This document shows positions 47,879 to 60,594 of a stretch of 60,867 nucleotides of DNA, in pieces. Each line of letters opens with the position of its first letter. Position 1 is the stretch's first letter. The DNA comes from Chiloscyllium plagiosum (lineage: Eukaryota), in assembly GCF_004010195.1 (NCBI RefSeq), contig NC_057719.1, forward strand, positions 11,541,047 to 11,601,913, read 5' to 3'. Below the pieces are notes generated by a model, which saw only the letters and a program-made list of their open reading frames with translations, made no database searches and had not been told where the DNA came from. Made by a program: the position numbers and the translations under genes.

Positions 47879-49434
47879 ACAACTGATCACCATCTCATGC
47901 CTGTAACCATGAACCCATTGCACTATAATCTTTCCCATTTCCTCCTTTCCCACAGCCCTGCAATCTCATTCCTTTTCAAATGTCTAAGTTCCTTCGGCTA
48001 ATTAATACTGAATCTGCCTTTCAGGCAGTGTATTCCAGATCATAAAACTTACACTGGAAATAAAAAAGGTCCTCATCTCCCGACATCCATGAGTATTGAG
48101 GTGGGGTGGGGAAGGAAGGTAGTTATATCCGTCTGGCTTTGAAGTTGATAGTTTTGTGTAGTTATCTTGTTGGGGAGATTCACATCTGTGAAGCCTGAGC
48201 AGACACTTATCTCCTTTTTTGTAAATAGAGCGGTAAGCTTGTGATTAACTTGCTTGCAATTCTATGGATCAGGACCACATCCTTTGCAGCTGTAGCAATC
48301 TGCGGCTCCTGACATTTCCCCAGCAACGGGAGACAATGACTGTGAAGCAGTGAAGAAGAGCAAAGAGCTTCTGTTTGAGCTATTATTCCTTCAAACAGGC
48401 GCATTCTGATCAAGCGTATAGTCTTATCAGGAGCTGCCACATGTCGGCCTTGGGAGGCTGGCACTAATGAGGCGTTTGTGATCTCGCAGACCATCACTTT
48501 TGTGCGTTATCAGGGGGCTGACACCAATCTCCTTGAGTGACATTCTGCCTGTGTAATTACAAAAAGCAGTTGAAAGTCAACACAAACAAGAAGCAGCCGC
48601 TCAGATTCTGCTGGGCAACACCATTGTTTTGAATAACAGAATTTTTTTAAGGCAGACCGTGACAGTTACAAATCAGTACTGCATACCCAAGTTTGATAAA
48701 AAAATAATAACAATCATTTTCATTCTGTAGCATTTAATCAGAACCCTGCAGAGTTCTCAATCATACGCCTGCATGTGTCAGAACATTTATCCTCTTATTT
48801 AAGATAAATACAATATGGCTTTAACCAATAAATCTAAGATTCTATACATACGTGACTGTCTCTATTGCAGCTCAGCTAACTCACCCCTCAGACATCACCT
48901 TTGACCTGTGTCATATATACATGATTCGCATAAATTTCATATTCGTCAAACTGAAATTGAGGAAAATTTGCATTAACCAATGTATAAGGGGGAATGAAGG
49001 CAGCCAATCACAAAGTTCAGGAAAAAAAGCTACCAATCAAATGGTGTGGCAATTAACAAACAGAAAGCAAGAAGAAAATCTGTCTGGGGCAATTAAAGCA
49101 CTGTAAATCCCTTCAATAATTTTTACTATCATTCAACTTAACTTTGTCATTCCCTTCCCTCCACTCCTAGTGCACTGTGGCAGCAATGTGAACCATCAAC
49201 AAGATGCATTCATCAAGCCTTCTTTGACAATATTTCCCAGGCCTGTCTTCTCTAACATCTGAAAAGACAAGGGTTCAAAATCTCCAAGAATAAATGCACC
49301 CTCTAGTCACACACCATCCTGATTTGGAGCTATGTTACTGAAAAGGCAGCCATTTTGCCTGAAGCTTTTTACCTTGAATTCTAAAGGACATATGCAGGAA
49401 TGCCAAATTTCAAACAATCATAACTTATACAACA

Positions 49435-49745
49435 GGATGGCAGAGTGGCTCAGTGGTTAGCACTGCTGCCTCACAGCGTCAGGATCCCAGGTTTGATTCC
49501 ACACTTGGGCATCTGTCGGTGTCTGCATGGGTTTCCTCCAGGTGCTCCAATTTCTTCCCACTGTCCAAAGATATGCACATTAGGTGGATTGTCCATGCTA
49601 AAATGCCCATTGTTTCCAGGGATGTGAAGGTTAGGTGGATTGGCCATGGGAAATGCTGGGTTACAGGATTAGGGTAGGGGGGTGGGATGCTCTTTGGTAA
49701 GTTGCTGTGGACTGAACGCCCTGCTTCCACGCTGTGGGGATTCTA
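49435..49745 (+). mobile_element. HE1-type SINE
   Basis: GTGGCTCAGTGGTTAGCACTGCTGCCTCACAGC head. Confidence 0.82.
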
Positions 49746-50069
49746 GGAGAAAGAGGTGTGGCTTGGTTGGCAAACCTATGCAGATTTACAATATTCACAG
49801 TAAAGGGAATATCTGGAAATATATTACCATTGTTGCTGGGTCAAAAAACATTTAGGGTGTTAGAATCATAGAATCCCTAAAGTGTAGGGGTGGCCATTCA
49901 GCCCATCAAGGCATACATTTCCCACACACAGTGGTGCAATGATTCATGAGGGGAATGCTGATCTCACCAGCTTCTCAAGGACAAACCTTTCAGATTTAGT
50001 TAAGGAACTCCAAGCCTTTTCTAATTCTAAAATGTTATTGCTTTTACTCGACAGTTCGAGAATTATCAG

Positions 50070-50577
50070 AAGGATGTTGTGAAACTTAAAAGGGTTCAGA
50101 AAAGATTTAAAAGGATGTTGCCAGATTTGGAGAGTTTAAGCTATAGGAAAAGGCTGAATAGGCTTGGGCTGTTTTCCCCAGAGCGTCGGAGGCTGAGGGG
50201 TGACCTTATAGAGGTTTCGAAAATCATGAGGGGCATGGATAGGGTAAAGAAACAAGGCATTTTCCCTGGGGTCGGGGAGTCCAGAAATAGAATACATAGT
50301 TTAGGGTGAGAGGGGAAAGATATAAAAGAGACCTAAGGGGCAACCTTTTCATGCAGAGGGTGGTGCGTGTATGGAATGAGTTGCCATAGGAAGTGTTGGA
50401 GGCTGGTACAATTACATTTAAAAGGCATCTGGATGGGTATATGAATAGGAAGGGTTTGGAGGGATATGGGCCAAGTGCTGGCAAGTGGGACTAGATTAGG
50501 TTCAGATATCTGGTCGGCATTGATGAGTTAGACCGAAGGGTCTGTTTTCGTGCTTGACATCTCTATGACTCTATGAC
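50070..50577 (+). mobile_element. CR1/HER1 3' end
   Basis: RLNRLGLFS.ERRRLRGDLIEV.KIMRGMDRV; CTCTATGACTCTATGAC tail. Confidence 0.9.
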
Positions 50578-51074
50578 AACTAGGTATAGCCAATAAACGC
50601 TGACCTGAGGCAGCAACTGTCAAACCCTCTGAAAATATGTGTTTTTTTCAGAAACACCTGATACTATAAAGGTTTCTTTGTATAGAAATTAACAACTTCA
50701 TAATTCACAAAACATCAAACATGTGTCTGGGCTAGTATTAAACTATTAGGTTATAATAGAAAAGAGTGCTTCCAATGGAGTATCATGCTTCGAATGATCC
50801 AGGCAAAGAGGGAGTCTGAGACTATTAAACCCTCAGATCATACAATGGTGACATTATGAGCGTGTTGTTTAACGGTGTTCCTCTCATACTGATTGTGACA
50901 CAGTAACACAATACCTGTCTTTTAACAGAATTAAAAACTTCTCCCAAACACATGTACATGGTTTTACATAATCACATTATCATTTCAGCAGTTGTACAAG
51001 CAGGTTAAACTGTGTTTACAAGACAAACTTACCAAATTTCAATGTAAGACTTTAGAGATTTGTTGTTTGTATAA

Positions 51075-52325
51075 AACGATCTAGAGGAAAATGTAGGTGG
51101 TCTGATTAGTAAGTTTGTGGATGACATCAAAATTGGCAGAGTTGCAGATAGTGAGGAGGATTGTCAAAGGATGTGGAGGGATATATATAGATTGAAGATT
51201 TGGGCAGAGAAATAGCAGATAGAGTTTATCCAGACAAATGTGAGTTAATGCATTTTAAAAGATCAAATTCAGGTGCAAATTATACAATGAATCACGGAAT
51301 CCCTACAGCATGGAAGCAGGCTATTCAGCCCATCAAGCCCACATCAATGCTCGGAAAAGCATCCCACCTAGATCCCTGTATTTTCCAAGGCTAATCCACC
51401 TAGTCTGCACACCATGGGTTATTTAACATGACCATTCCACCTAACCTGCACATCTTTGGAATATGGGAGGAAACCATAACATCTGGAAGAAACCCACACC
51501 GACATGGTCTGAATGTGTAAATCCCACACAGACAGTGGCCCGGGTGTGAGGCAGCACTAGTAATCACTGAGCACCATGCCATCCCTTAGATGGCAGAGCC
51601 CTTAGGAGCATTGACATACAGAGGGATCCCTGTATGTTTTCAGATCCCTGAAAGCAGCAACACAGGTGGATAAGATGGTCAAGAAGGGATACAGCACACC
51701 TATCTTCATCGACCAGGACATCGAATATAAAAGTTAGCAAATTATGTTACAGCTGTATAAAACTTTAGTTAGGTCACATTTGGAATATTGCGTGCAGTTC
51801 TGGTTGCCACACCATCAGAAGGACATGAATGGTTTGAATAGGTTTCAGAGAAGATTACCAGGATGGTGTCTGGTCTGGAAAGTTTTATTTATGAGAAGAG
51901 GTTGAATAAACCTGGATTGTTTTCATTGGAAGACAAAGTCTGATAGGCAACCCGATAGAGGTCTACAAAATTATAAGAGGCATATGTAAGATGGATTGTC
52001 AGAGGCTTTCTCCCAGGGCAGAAAGGTCAACTACAAGAAGGCACAGGTTCCAAGTGAGAGGGGGAAAGTTTAGGGGAGAAGGAAAGGAAAGGCTTTTATC
52101 ATGCAGAGGGTGGTGGGTGTCTGGAATGCACTGCCATTGAAGGTGGTGGAAGCAGGTACATTAGCAACGTTTAAGGCGTATCTTGATAGACACATCAACA
52201 GGAGGCAAACAGAGGGGTAGAAACTGCATATAGGCAATAAGTAGTGGGTGTAAATAAAGATGAAGAACTGGCGCAGGCTTAGTGGGTCAAAATACCTGTT
52301 CCTGTGCCATATTGTTCTTTGTTCT
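51075..52325 (+). mobile_element. CR1 3' fragment with an HE1 insertion
   Basis: NDL.ENV.GLISKF.DD.KI, LYKTLVR.HLEYCVQFW; (TGTTCTT)n tail. Confidence 0.8.
51290..51585 (-). mobile_element. HE1-type SINE inside CR1
   Basis: GAATCCCTACAGCATGGAAGCAGGC tail and GTGAGGCAGCA head. Confidence 0.75.
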
Positions 52326-52619
52326 TTGTTGTCCCTTTCTGATGTGAGATGGTTACATTTTTTAAAAATTTTGCTGGTACCGAAACATTTGTATTTGTAT
52401 TTCTATCCAAATGTCTCTGCTAATCTAATCTGTAGGGAATCTAATTTCATTAGTAGGGGAATGGGTCATGGGCGTGTTACTCTTTGGAGGGTCAGTGTGG
52501 ACTTGCTGGGCCGAAGGGCCTGTTTCCACACTGTAGGGAATCTAATCTCTAATCTTAGTGTACACTTTTGGAGTTCGTCACCTGCTCATGTTTGTGTGTC
52601 TCTTTCATTCTCCTCTTAC

Positions 52620-54950
52620 TTTGAAAAAAAAAGGATATCATGTGTCTCAGAATTGTTGGTTGTCCAGCAAGGTTGTTCACACTTGCCTTCTGAGTATAGA
52701 TTGTGCTGAAAATAGTAATCCCTTCTCCAGTGGTGTTGCACAAAATGCTTGACACATGGCAGTCATTGGTGTAATTGTACATTAATATTCATTCTGCTTT
52801 GACTATTTGAGTATAGATAATGGGTGATGCTGTGATCTGGGTCACCCCATTTAGTACGCCTGTCTTGAAATGTCGGTGAACTGTAGTCTGTTGTCAGACA
52901 GTATCTGATCTGGTATACCAGATAAAATGAGAATAGAGCACATTCTGACAGCAACGGTCTCGCATGTGTTGCTAGCTTGTCGAACAAAGGGAAATGTGGA
53001 GCAGTAATGTCAATTTAATCTCCCCCATGCACTGTGAATTCAACCTGCTACCACTTTTCTCCAAACACTGGATAGAACATCACATGGATGTAAAGGCTGC
53101 AGCCGGGTTAATGTATTTGTCATGTCTCACAGGTATTCACTTGCCATTGATGAGCCCGATTCATCTCTGACCACACACAGATTCATGGTCTAGTTATCTG
53201 GTGCCTTAGCTAGCCATGTGTCCGTGGTGTTACCTTGGCATTACATTTTTCTTATTAGGATTTGTCGGTCATTGAAAATGAATTGTTGTGATATACCCAA
53301 GCTCATTTGTCTATAACAAAAGTGAATGTATCTTCTCAGGAACTTCTTTAGTACTGTCAGGAAATTCCTGGACAAGGGTCTTTTGTAACTCTTGTTGTTG
53401 CTCATCTTCAGCAGTTGCTGATTGCAATTGTTCACAAAAGGCTCTGGCCAAAGTGTAACAGTGCACCCTCGAAAATGTTGTTCTACCTCAGCCTAGAGCA
53501 CCAACATGTAGACTAAGAGGAGTATCTTGGTCTTTATGTGGGTTGAGTAATTTTTTCAGCGTGTCAGACATAAACACCCATGGACTGGTCTTACATCTCA
53601 CATCAATATTACATCCTTGAAAACCATTGACTGATTCAATTCCATCATGTGGGTGCGGTTTAGTTCTCTGCTTTCTAAATATACCAAGACCTGTGCAAAT
53701 GTAATCTTTCCACTGCTGAACCATTGGTATCTACCAGGTGGAAGATTTTGGGAAGCCAGGATGAGCTGGTGTATTAGTATAGCATGATTATTTAGTCAAT
53801 GCATGGAATTCATGATCCATTATATACTGTGTGGTTGTCCCTCATAACATGTTACACGGACCACCATTTGCTGAGGTACAAGTCCTTCAGAATGCTTTTG
53901 AATAATGTATTGGCACCAGCAATGGCATCGATTTTAGTTTTTAGTGTGTATTGTCGTGCCTTTTTTAGGACATGTGATATTAATGATTGCTTAAACTGCT
54001 GATTGTCTTATACCATATTGTTAATTTGACATTGTATGTCAAGTTAACAATATGGAGAGCTTGATCAGCTTTTGAAATTTGTTATTCACTTGTTTAATTC
54101 AGATCCTCATTAATGTGCTTGCATTTCTGTATCTCTCAATACTTTTCTTGCTGCCAATGTTATGTTGATAATCACACAACACCAGGTTAAAGTCCATCAG
54201 GTTTATTTGGAAGCACTAGCTTTTGGAGCGCTGCTCCTTCATCAGGTGGTTGCAGCGCTCTGAAAGCTAGTGCTTCCAAATAAACCTGTTGGACTAGAAC
54301 CTGGTGTTGTGTGATTTTTCAACTTTGTACACACCAGTCCAACACTAGCATCTCCAAATCATAATGTTATGTTGTCCCATCTTGTTGGTCACCTCACCTT
54401 TGCTCTGGGATCTGGTGTGGCCTGTGGAACTAAATTTCCTGTACACGTATGTCCAATGTCCTTTGGTGCCTCATGTTGTAGAAATCAAGAGAAGCTGGAC
54501 AGCTTTTTGAATAGATGTAAAAAACCATGTTACAAATTTTATTGGTTCACTTTCTCTGCTGTCCATAGCAATAGAATTGGCTGCACCTAAAGTATGTCAA
54601 TGTGGTTGGTGTGCCACAAAGACTTCATACTTGCCTCCATCCTCAAGTTATGGGTCAATGTTACTGCACTTTATCATTGTCCAACTGATTCTTCCTAAAG
54701 GCTTTAACTGGTGTGGAGACAATGAATAATGACTGAGCCTCTCTGAACAGTTCCTCTTCAGAAAAGTCACACTCATGCCCTTTGCTAAGAATCTTCTGAA
54801 GTCTGATCAATTGATGCTGGGTTTGTTCTCTGTGTAAATCGAGTTGGAATCTTTTAATCTTAAAATTAATTCTGACCTTTGAGTTGGTCTTCAATTACTT
54901 TCCTGATATATTCAGGATCTTTCTGATCATCATTGTAAAGACAGAATGAG
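52620..54950 (-). mobile_element. Old Gypsy internal region (gag-PR-[RT deleted]-RH tail-IN)
   Basis: Minus frames: CPA...KGHWT.V.RK knuckle (about 54450), KIDAIAGANTL protease-like (about 53920), DVR.K...MSDTL..L.NP, HHGHM...ESVW..MN...C.T, DY.S.FPFVRQ, GIPDQILSDN. Confidence 0.7.
54168..54362. mobile_element. PLE family B inverted-repeat element
   Basis: Minus CAC-CTGATGA-A-GGAGC AGC GCTCC-AAAA-GCTA-GTG; 12-bp TSD AATGTTATGTTG at 54156-54167 and 54363-54374. Confidence 0.85.
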
Positions 54951-55007
54951 TTAAGTCTGCGAAGATCCTCCTTTCCAGTGGTAAGCAAGATAGTTTGAGA
55001 TTTTTTT

Positions 55008-56131
55008 CATAGAATTACCTATTGCTTAGTCTGTAAAATAGTACTGCAGACATTTTCTTTGAGCAGTTGCAATACAGTAAAGGTGTCACTCTATGCCAGA
55101 TCCATGTTGAGGTTTCTGCTATCCATGATTCCACCTGAAAAATGTTTCATCATGTCATCTTAAGCCATGAATTTAAATTGGCCATGTCTTAATAATGAAA
55201 TCTTTACAGTTATTGTTATGAGAAATTGTTACTTCTGGATCACCAACTGCCAGAAACAGAGTCTTCTAGCTTTCTATACCTCTCAGTATTTTCCTTGCTG
55301 CCTATGTTAGCTTGATAATCACACAACACCAGGTTATAGTCCAACAGGTTTATCTAGAAGCAATAGCTTTCAGACCTCTGCTCCTTCATTAGTTGGTTGC
55401 AGCGTTCCAAAAGCTGTTCAAGCATATGAATACACTCCAGGTTTTTTTAAATCTAAAATATTTTTTTTTAAATTATTTTATTTGAATGAACTTATATTCA
55501 AGCCAAAAAGAAATTATCTTTGCTTCTTGCTGGTTAATGCCCTATCTATGACCTCTACATAGAATTACCTATTGCTTAGTCTGTAAAATAGTACTGCAGA
55601 ATTTTCTTTTAGCAGTTGCAATACAGTAAAGGTGTCACTCTATGCCAGACCCATGTTGAGGTTTCTGCTATCCATGATTCCACCTGAAAAATGTTTCATC
55701 ATGTCACCTTAAGCCATGAATCCCTGATTTTGTGTCAGTGTAAATTTAAATTGGCCATGTCTTAATAATGAAATCTTTACAGTTATTGTTATGAGAAATT
55801 ATTACTTCTGGATCACCAACTGCCAGAAACAGAGTTTTCTAGCTTTCTATACCTCTCAGTATTTTCCTTGCTGCCTATGTTAACTTGATAATCACACAAC
55901 ACCAGGTTATAGTCCAACAGGTTTATCTAGAAGCAATAGCTTTCAGAGCGCTGCTCCTTCATTAGTTGGTTGCAGCGTTCCAAAAGCTGTTCAAACATAT
56001 GAATACACTCCAGGTTTTTTTAAATCTAAAATAATTTTTTTTTAATTATTTTATTTGAATGAACTTATATTCAAGCCAAAAAGAAATTATCTTTGCTTCT
56101 TGCTGGTTAATGCCCTATCTATGACCTCTAC
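55008..56131 (+). repeat. Tandem duplication, about 550 + 574 bp
   Basis: CATAGAATTACCTATTGC starts at 55008 and 55558; both copies end ATGACCTCTAC. Confidence 0.92.
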
Positions 56132-56207
56132 AGCTGTCCGTACTCACAGAAAATTATGCTGCTTAAAGGTGAGAAACTTCCCTTTCTTTAGATTCAAAGC
56201 TTTCCAA

Positions 56208-56520
56208 GGGTGGCATAGTGGCTCAGCAGTTAGCACTGCTGCTTCATAGTGTTGGGACACAAGTTCAATTCTACCCTTCAGTGGCTGTCTGTGTGGAGTT
56301 TGCATGTTTTCCCTGTGTCTGTGTGGGTTTCCTTGCACAGTCTAAAGATGTGCGAGTTAGGTGTATTAGCCATGCTAAATTGTCAACAGATTGCAGGCTA
56401 GGTAGATTAACCATGGGAAATTCAGGGTTACAGGGATAGGGTGGGATGCTCTTCAGAGGGTTGGTGTGGACTTGATGGACTGAATGGCCTGCTTCCACAC
56501 TGTAGAGATTCTATGATTCA
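56208..56520 (+). mobile_element. HE1-type SINE
   Basis: GGGTGGCATAGTGGCTCAG head; GATTCTATGATTC tail. Confidence 0.82.
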
Positions 56521-57204
56521 AAGCTATTGTCTTAGGTTAGTTTTCCTCAAAGGTATTGAAGTCTTTTATAGACAACCACCGAACAAACATGCTGTGAGTT
56601 CACCCCCAACAGGGTGCAGCATTGGTTATGTTACTCCCTACAACTCATGAAACCAGGGGAGTGTGGTTTATATTGTGTATTGAAGAATCCAACAGGTATT
56701 TATTGGAATCAATCATTACGTACAAGCAATACATTCTTCTGGCATAAAAGTGTCTGGGCTAATGTTAATCTGTTAGAATAAACAGGAGCAATCATGCACT
56801 GGAGTAATGCTTCAAAAGATCCAAGATAAAATGAAGTTGGAAACTTTATGTCCTCATGTTATGTATTGTAATACAGTGATGTTAAAATGAGCAAGTCTCT
56901 TAAAACCATTCTAACATTCTCACTACAAGACATAATACAATAGAGTCTGTGCCATGCACCTGAACTGACAAATAGGCACCAAGCCTAAACCTTATACCAA
57001 GCACCTGGAGCAATGTAGCAGCCCACTGGACTGCACTATCAGAGCTAAAAGGATTAAGCTGCAAAAGTAGGTTATCCAGAGTGGGTTTGTGGTCCCTTGA
57101 GTGTAAAAAGATTCAAGAGTGATCTTGTTGAAGCATTTAGATAATTAAAGGAGTTGATAAAGTACAGTGAGAGAACATGTTTTTTTCTAAGTCTGAAAAA
57201 TAGG

Positions 57205-57325
57205 ACACATTACAGGTAGAAATCAGAATTAACGTTTTGGGTTGAGAGACGCTTCCTCAGAGTTTTTCCAACAATTTCTATTATTCCTTCTGATTTACAG
57301 CATCCATAATTCTTTCAGTTTTTAT
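57205..57325 (-). mobile_element. PLE family E element with decayed hammerhead
   Basis: Minus: CT-CTGAGGA-A-GCGTC TCTC AACCC-AAAA-CGTT-AA. Confidence 0.55.
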
Positions 57326-57432
57326 TTCTCTTTCCCAAATGGCTGTTGAAGCTAGGGGTCAATTGCAAATTTCAGAACTAAGATTGATAGATTTCTGTTA
57401 ATGGTTACAGAATCAGGACAAATAAATGACCT

Positions 57433-57782
57433 CATAAGGGGCATGGATAGGGTGAATAGCCAAAGCATTTGTTCTCGGATGAGGAAGTCCAAAACTAGAA
57501 GGCATAGGTTTAAGGTGAGAGAGAAAAGATTTAAAAATGACTTGAAGGGTAACTTTTTTACACAGTTGGTGGTGCATGTACACAATGAGCTGCCAGAGGA
57601 GGTGGTGGAGGTTGGTACAATAACAACATTTAAAAGGCATCAAGATGGGTATATGACTAGGAAGGGTTTAGAGGGATGTGGTCCAAATGCTGGCAAATGG
57701 GACTAGGTCAGAATGGGATGTCTGGTTGGCATGGATGAGTTGGACCAAAGGGTCTGCTTCCATATTGTATGATTCTATGACT
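57433..57782 (+). mobile_element. CR1/HER1 3' end
   Basis: IRGMDRV...GNFFTQ.VV.V.NELPEEVVE. Confidence 0.88.
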
Positions 57783-58746
57783 CAATTGTCCCAATTGAGT
57801 GGTGGGTCAGGCCTGAGCCTTATTCGTTCAGATATTTTTATGAATTGTCAGTCTGAACTGGGGCCCGAAACATACACATAAAGAAAAATAACTGATACAT
57901 GGAAAATATAACTTGCTAAAATACTCTGCGAGAAACTTTGCAGAAGGTCATTTATTAATAAAAATTCTGTTAACTGAAAGGGCCATCTGTTACACTCCAG
58001 AGACTCCTCTCACTTCCCAAGTTAGCATCTACCACAAATGGTTAAAATATTCTGAATCTAAATAATGAAGTGGCCAAGTGCAGAAGTTAAATAGAGGATC
58101 ATGTGGAGCTGACATTACAAATAACAGCATAGAACAAGAGAGGAGGAGAACGATGTCATCGGCTGGCTAAATTGTTAAGTACATCCAGATTTAATTTCTT
58201 GCTATGAATATAACAGATTATAGTTATTAAAGGTCTTTTAAAATATCTGCGCTTTTAAACTTCATTGTGTCACTTTGCTTTCAATGTAAATTCTGGTAGG
58301 GAGGAGATATGATTGCTAATGTTGGTGCATTATTTTCTGTCACTATCATTTATACAATTGTTTTGGGGACCAGTGATAAATAACAATCCTTCTGAATCTG
58401 CAGAGACTGGATGTGCTTTCAGCATTTATCTTACCTGTCCTCCAGCCTTATATCCTCACGTTCTTCTGCTCTCTCGGTATTACTCTCTCCCCTTGTCCCA
58501 CACTATGGATTGAGAACAGGGGGATGGGTTGGGGCAGAGTCATCAGTCTCCAAGTTTGACTCTCTCTCTGCCTTCCTGAACTTTTTGCTCACTCCACTTC
58601 TCTCTCCACTTCCATCTCTTCACAAAATTCTCCAAACTTGGTCAGCCTTCCTCATCTCTATCTTCTAAGTATTATAGGGATGTGCTATACAGATTAGTAA
58701 TTTGTTATTTCATTCATTGACGATCCTGCATATACATATTAAGCCC

Positions 58747-58866
58747 AAGTTTTGAGAAGATTTGTAGTTCAGGCTGAGGTTCTGGATGTAGGTTTGCTCG
58801 CTGAGCTGGAAGATTTGTTTCCATGAAAATGAACCTTTCAGCTCAGTGAGCAAACCTACATCCAGA
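58747..58866. mobile_element. PLE family C terminal hairpin remnant
   Basis: GTAGGTTTGCTCGCTGAGCTG / CAGCTCAGTGAGCAAACCTAC as in 29049-30126; flanking ACA(T/C)ATTAAGCCC. Confidence 0.8.
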
Positions 58867-59029
58867 ACACATTAAGCCCCTTTAGAAACAGACAATTTTG
58901 TTAAACCAAGGACACTCATGTGAAGTAATTTACAGCTGTGGGATCACATTGCCATTTGAGGTAAACATAAACTCTATTGAGACCCCAACACAGACAATCA
59001 CTCCCTTGAGGTGTAAATAAGAATCCATT

Positions 59030-59355
59030 TGTTCTAGAAACAGGCCATTCAGCCTATCGAGTCCACCTCACCCCTCTGAAGAGTATCCCACCACATCCCT
59101 GTAACCCTGCATTTTCCATGGCCAATCCACCATACCTGCACATCCCTGAACACTATGGGTAATTTAGCATGGCCAATTCACTCTAATCTGTACATCCCTG
59201 AACACTATGGGCAATTTAGCATGGCCAATTCACCCTAACCTGCACACCCCTGAACACAATGGACAATTTAACATGGCCAATCCACATAAACTGCACATCT
59301 TTGGACTGTGGGAAAAAAACAGAGCACCCAAAGGAAAGCCACACAGGCACATGAA
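59030..59355 (-). mobile_element. HE1-type SINE with an expanded internal repeat of about 52 bp
   Basis: CATGGCCAAT at about 59117, 59168, 59220, 59272. Confidence 0.8.
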
Positions 59356-60280
59356 TAGAAGATTTGGCTGGTTAACAGGAAGTAAATGGCTCTTGTACAG
59401 GTTGCATTGTAACAAGTGGTGTGCCACAGTGAGTGATACTGGGACCTCAGTGTTATAATTGATAAATGACTTAGGTGAATGGACAGAAGGTATGGTCACC
59501 AAATTTGTTGATGACTCAAGGCAGGACAAAGGAGGTTACAAAACATATTAATCTGTTAAATTAGTGCGGCAATATGTGGTAACCTATGTATAATGTGGGA
59601 ACATGTGTAATTGTGAATTTGGTAGAATGATTAATAAAGAACCATGTTTCCTAAATGGTGAGCGATTACAGAGCTCTGAGATAATAAAGAGTCAGGTATC
59701 CTCATGCATGAATCAGAAAAGGTTAGTATGCAGGTACAGCGAGTAATTAGAAAGCTAATAGAGTGTTATCATTGATCACAAATGAGAATTGAACACAAAT
59801 GTATGGATGTTAGGCTTCAGTTATTCAGGTCACTGGAGAGACCATATCAAGAGTATTCTGCACAGTATTGTCACCTTATCTAGGGAAAGATGTAAAACCT
59901 TTGGAGGCAGTTCAGAGAAGATTTACTAGACTAATGCCTGGAATGGGAGTATTGTGTGATGAGGATTGTATCTGCTGGAGTTTAGACCAGCAGCAATGAC
60001 TTGATTGAAACATGTAAATTTCTGGCATGTCTTAACAAATGTGGATGTCGAAAGGATGTTTCCTTAATGAAAGAACCTAGAATTAGGGCTCTCTGATTAA
60101 AATTCAGAGATCATCCAAGATAGAAGTGGTTAGATTCTTGTTAAGCTAGGGGGCGAAATGCTATTAGAGGCAGGCAGGAATTGGATCTGAAGTTACAATC
60201 AGATCAGTCATGATCTCAGTGACTGGTGAAGCAGGTTCAATGGGCTGAATGGCCTACTCCGGTCCTGGTTTGTACCCTTG
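59356..60280 (+). mobile_element. Very old CR1 RT/3' fragment
   Basis: VTSGVP..V.LGP, INDL, KFVDD, LEAVQRRFTRL.PG. Confidence 0.7.
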
Positions 60281-60594
60281 TGTGAACACAGATGCTGCAG
60301 GATTGCTGAGTGCTTCCAGCATTCTCTCACTCGGTTTTGATTCAAGCAGTCTGAGTTCCATTTGAGGTTTTAACACTCCATCCACACACTGCATGACCCT
60401 AGGCTTTAAAACAGGCTGAGAAACACCGGAAGAAAGAGGACGTGTAGACCCATGATTGGACTGAGGTCTCTCTGTGGTTGGCCATACTGTGTATCCATCA
60501 ACAATCTCTGAACTTGCACGTGTTCATCTCAGGATGAACGAACGACACTTAGAAGTCCCAGTGAGCAAATTAGTATTTTAGCAGGATGCAGGGG

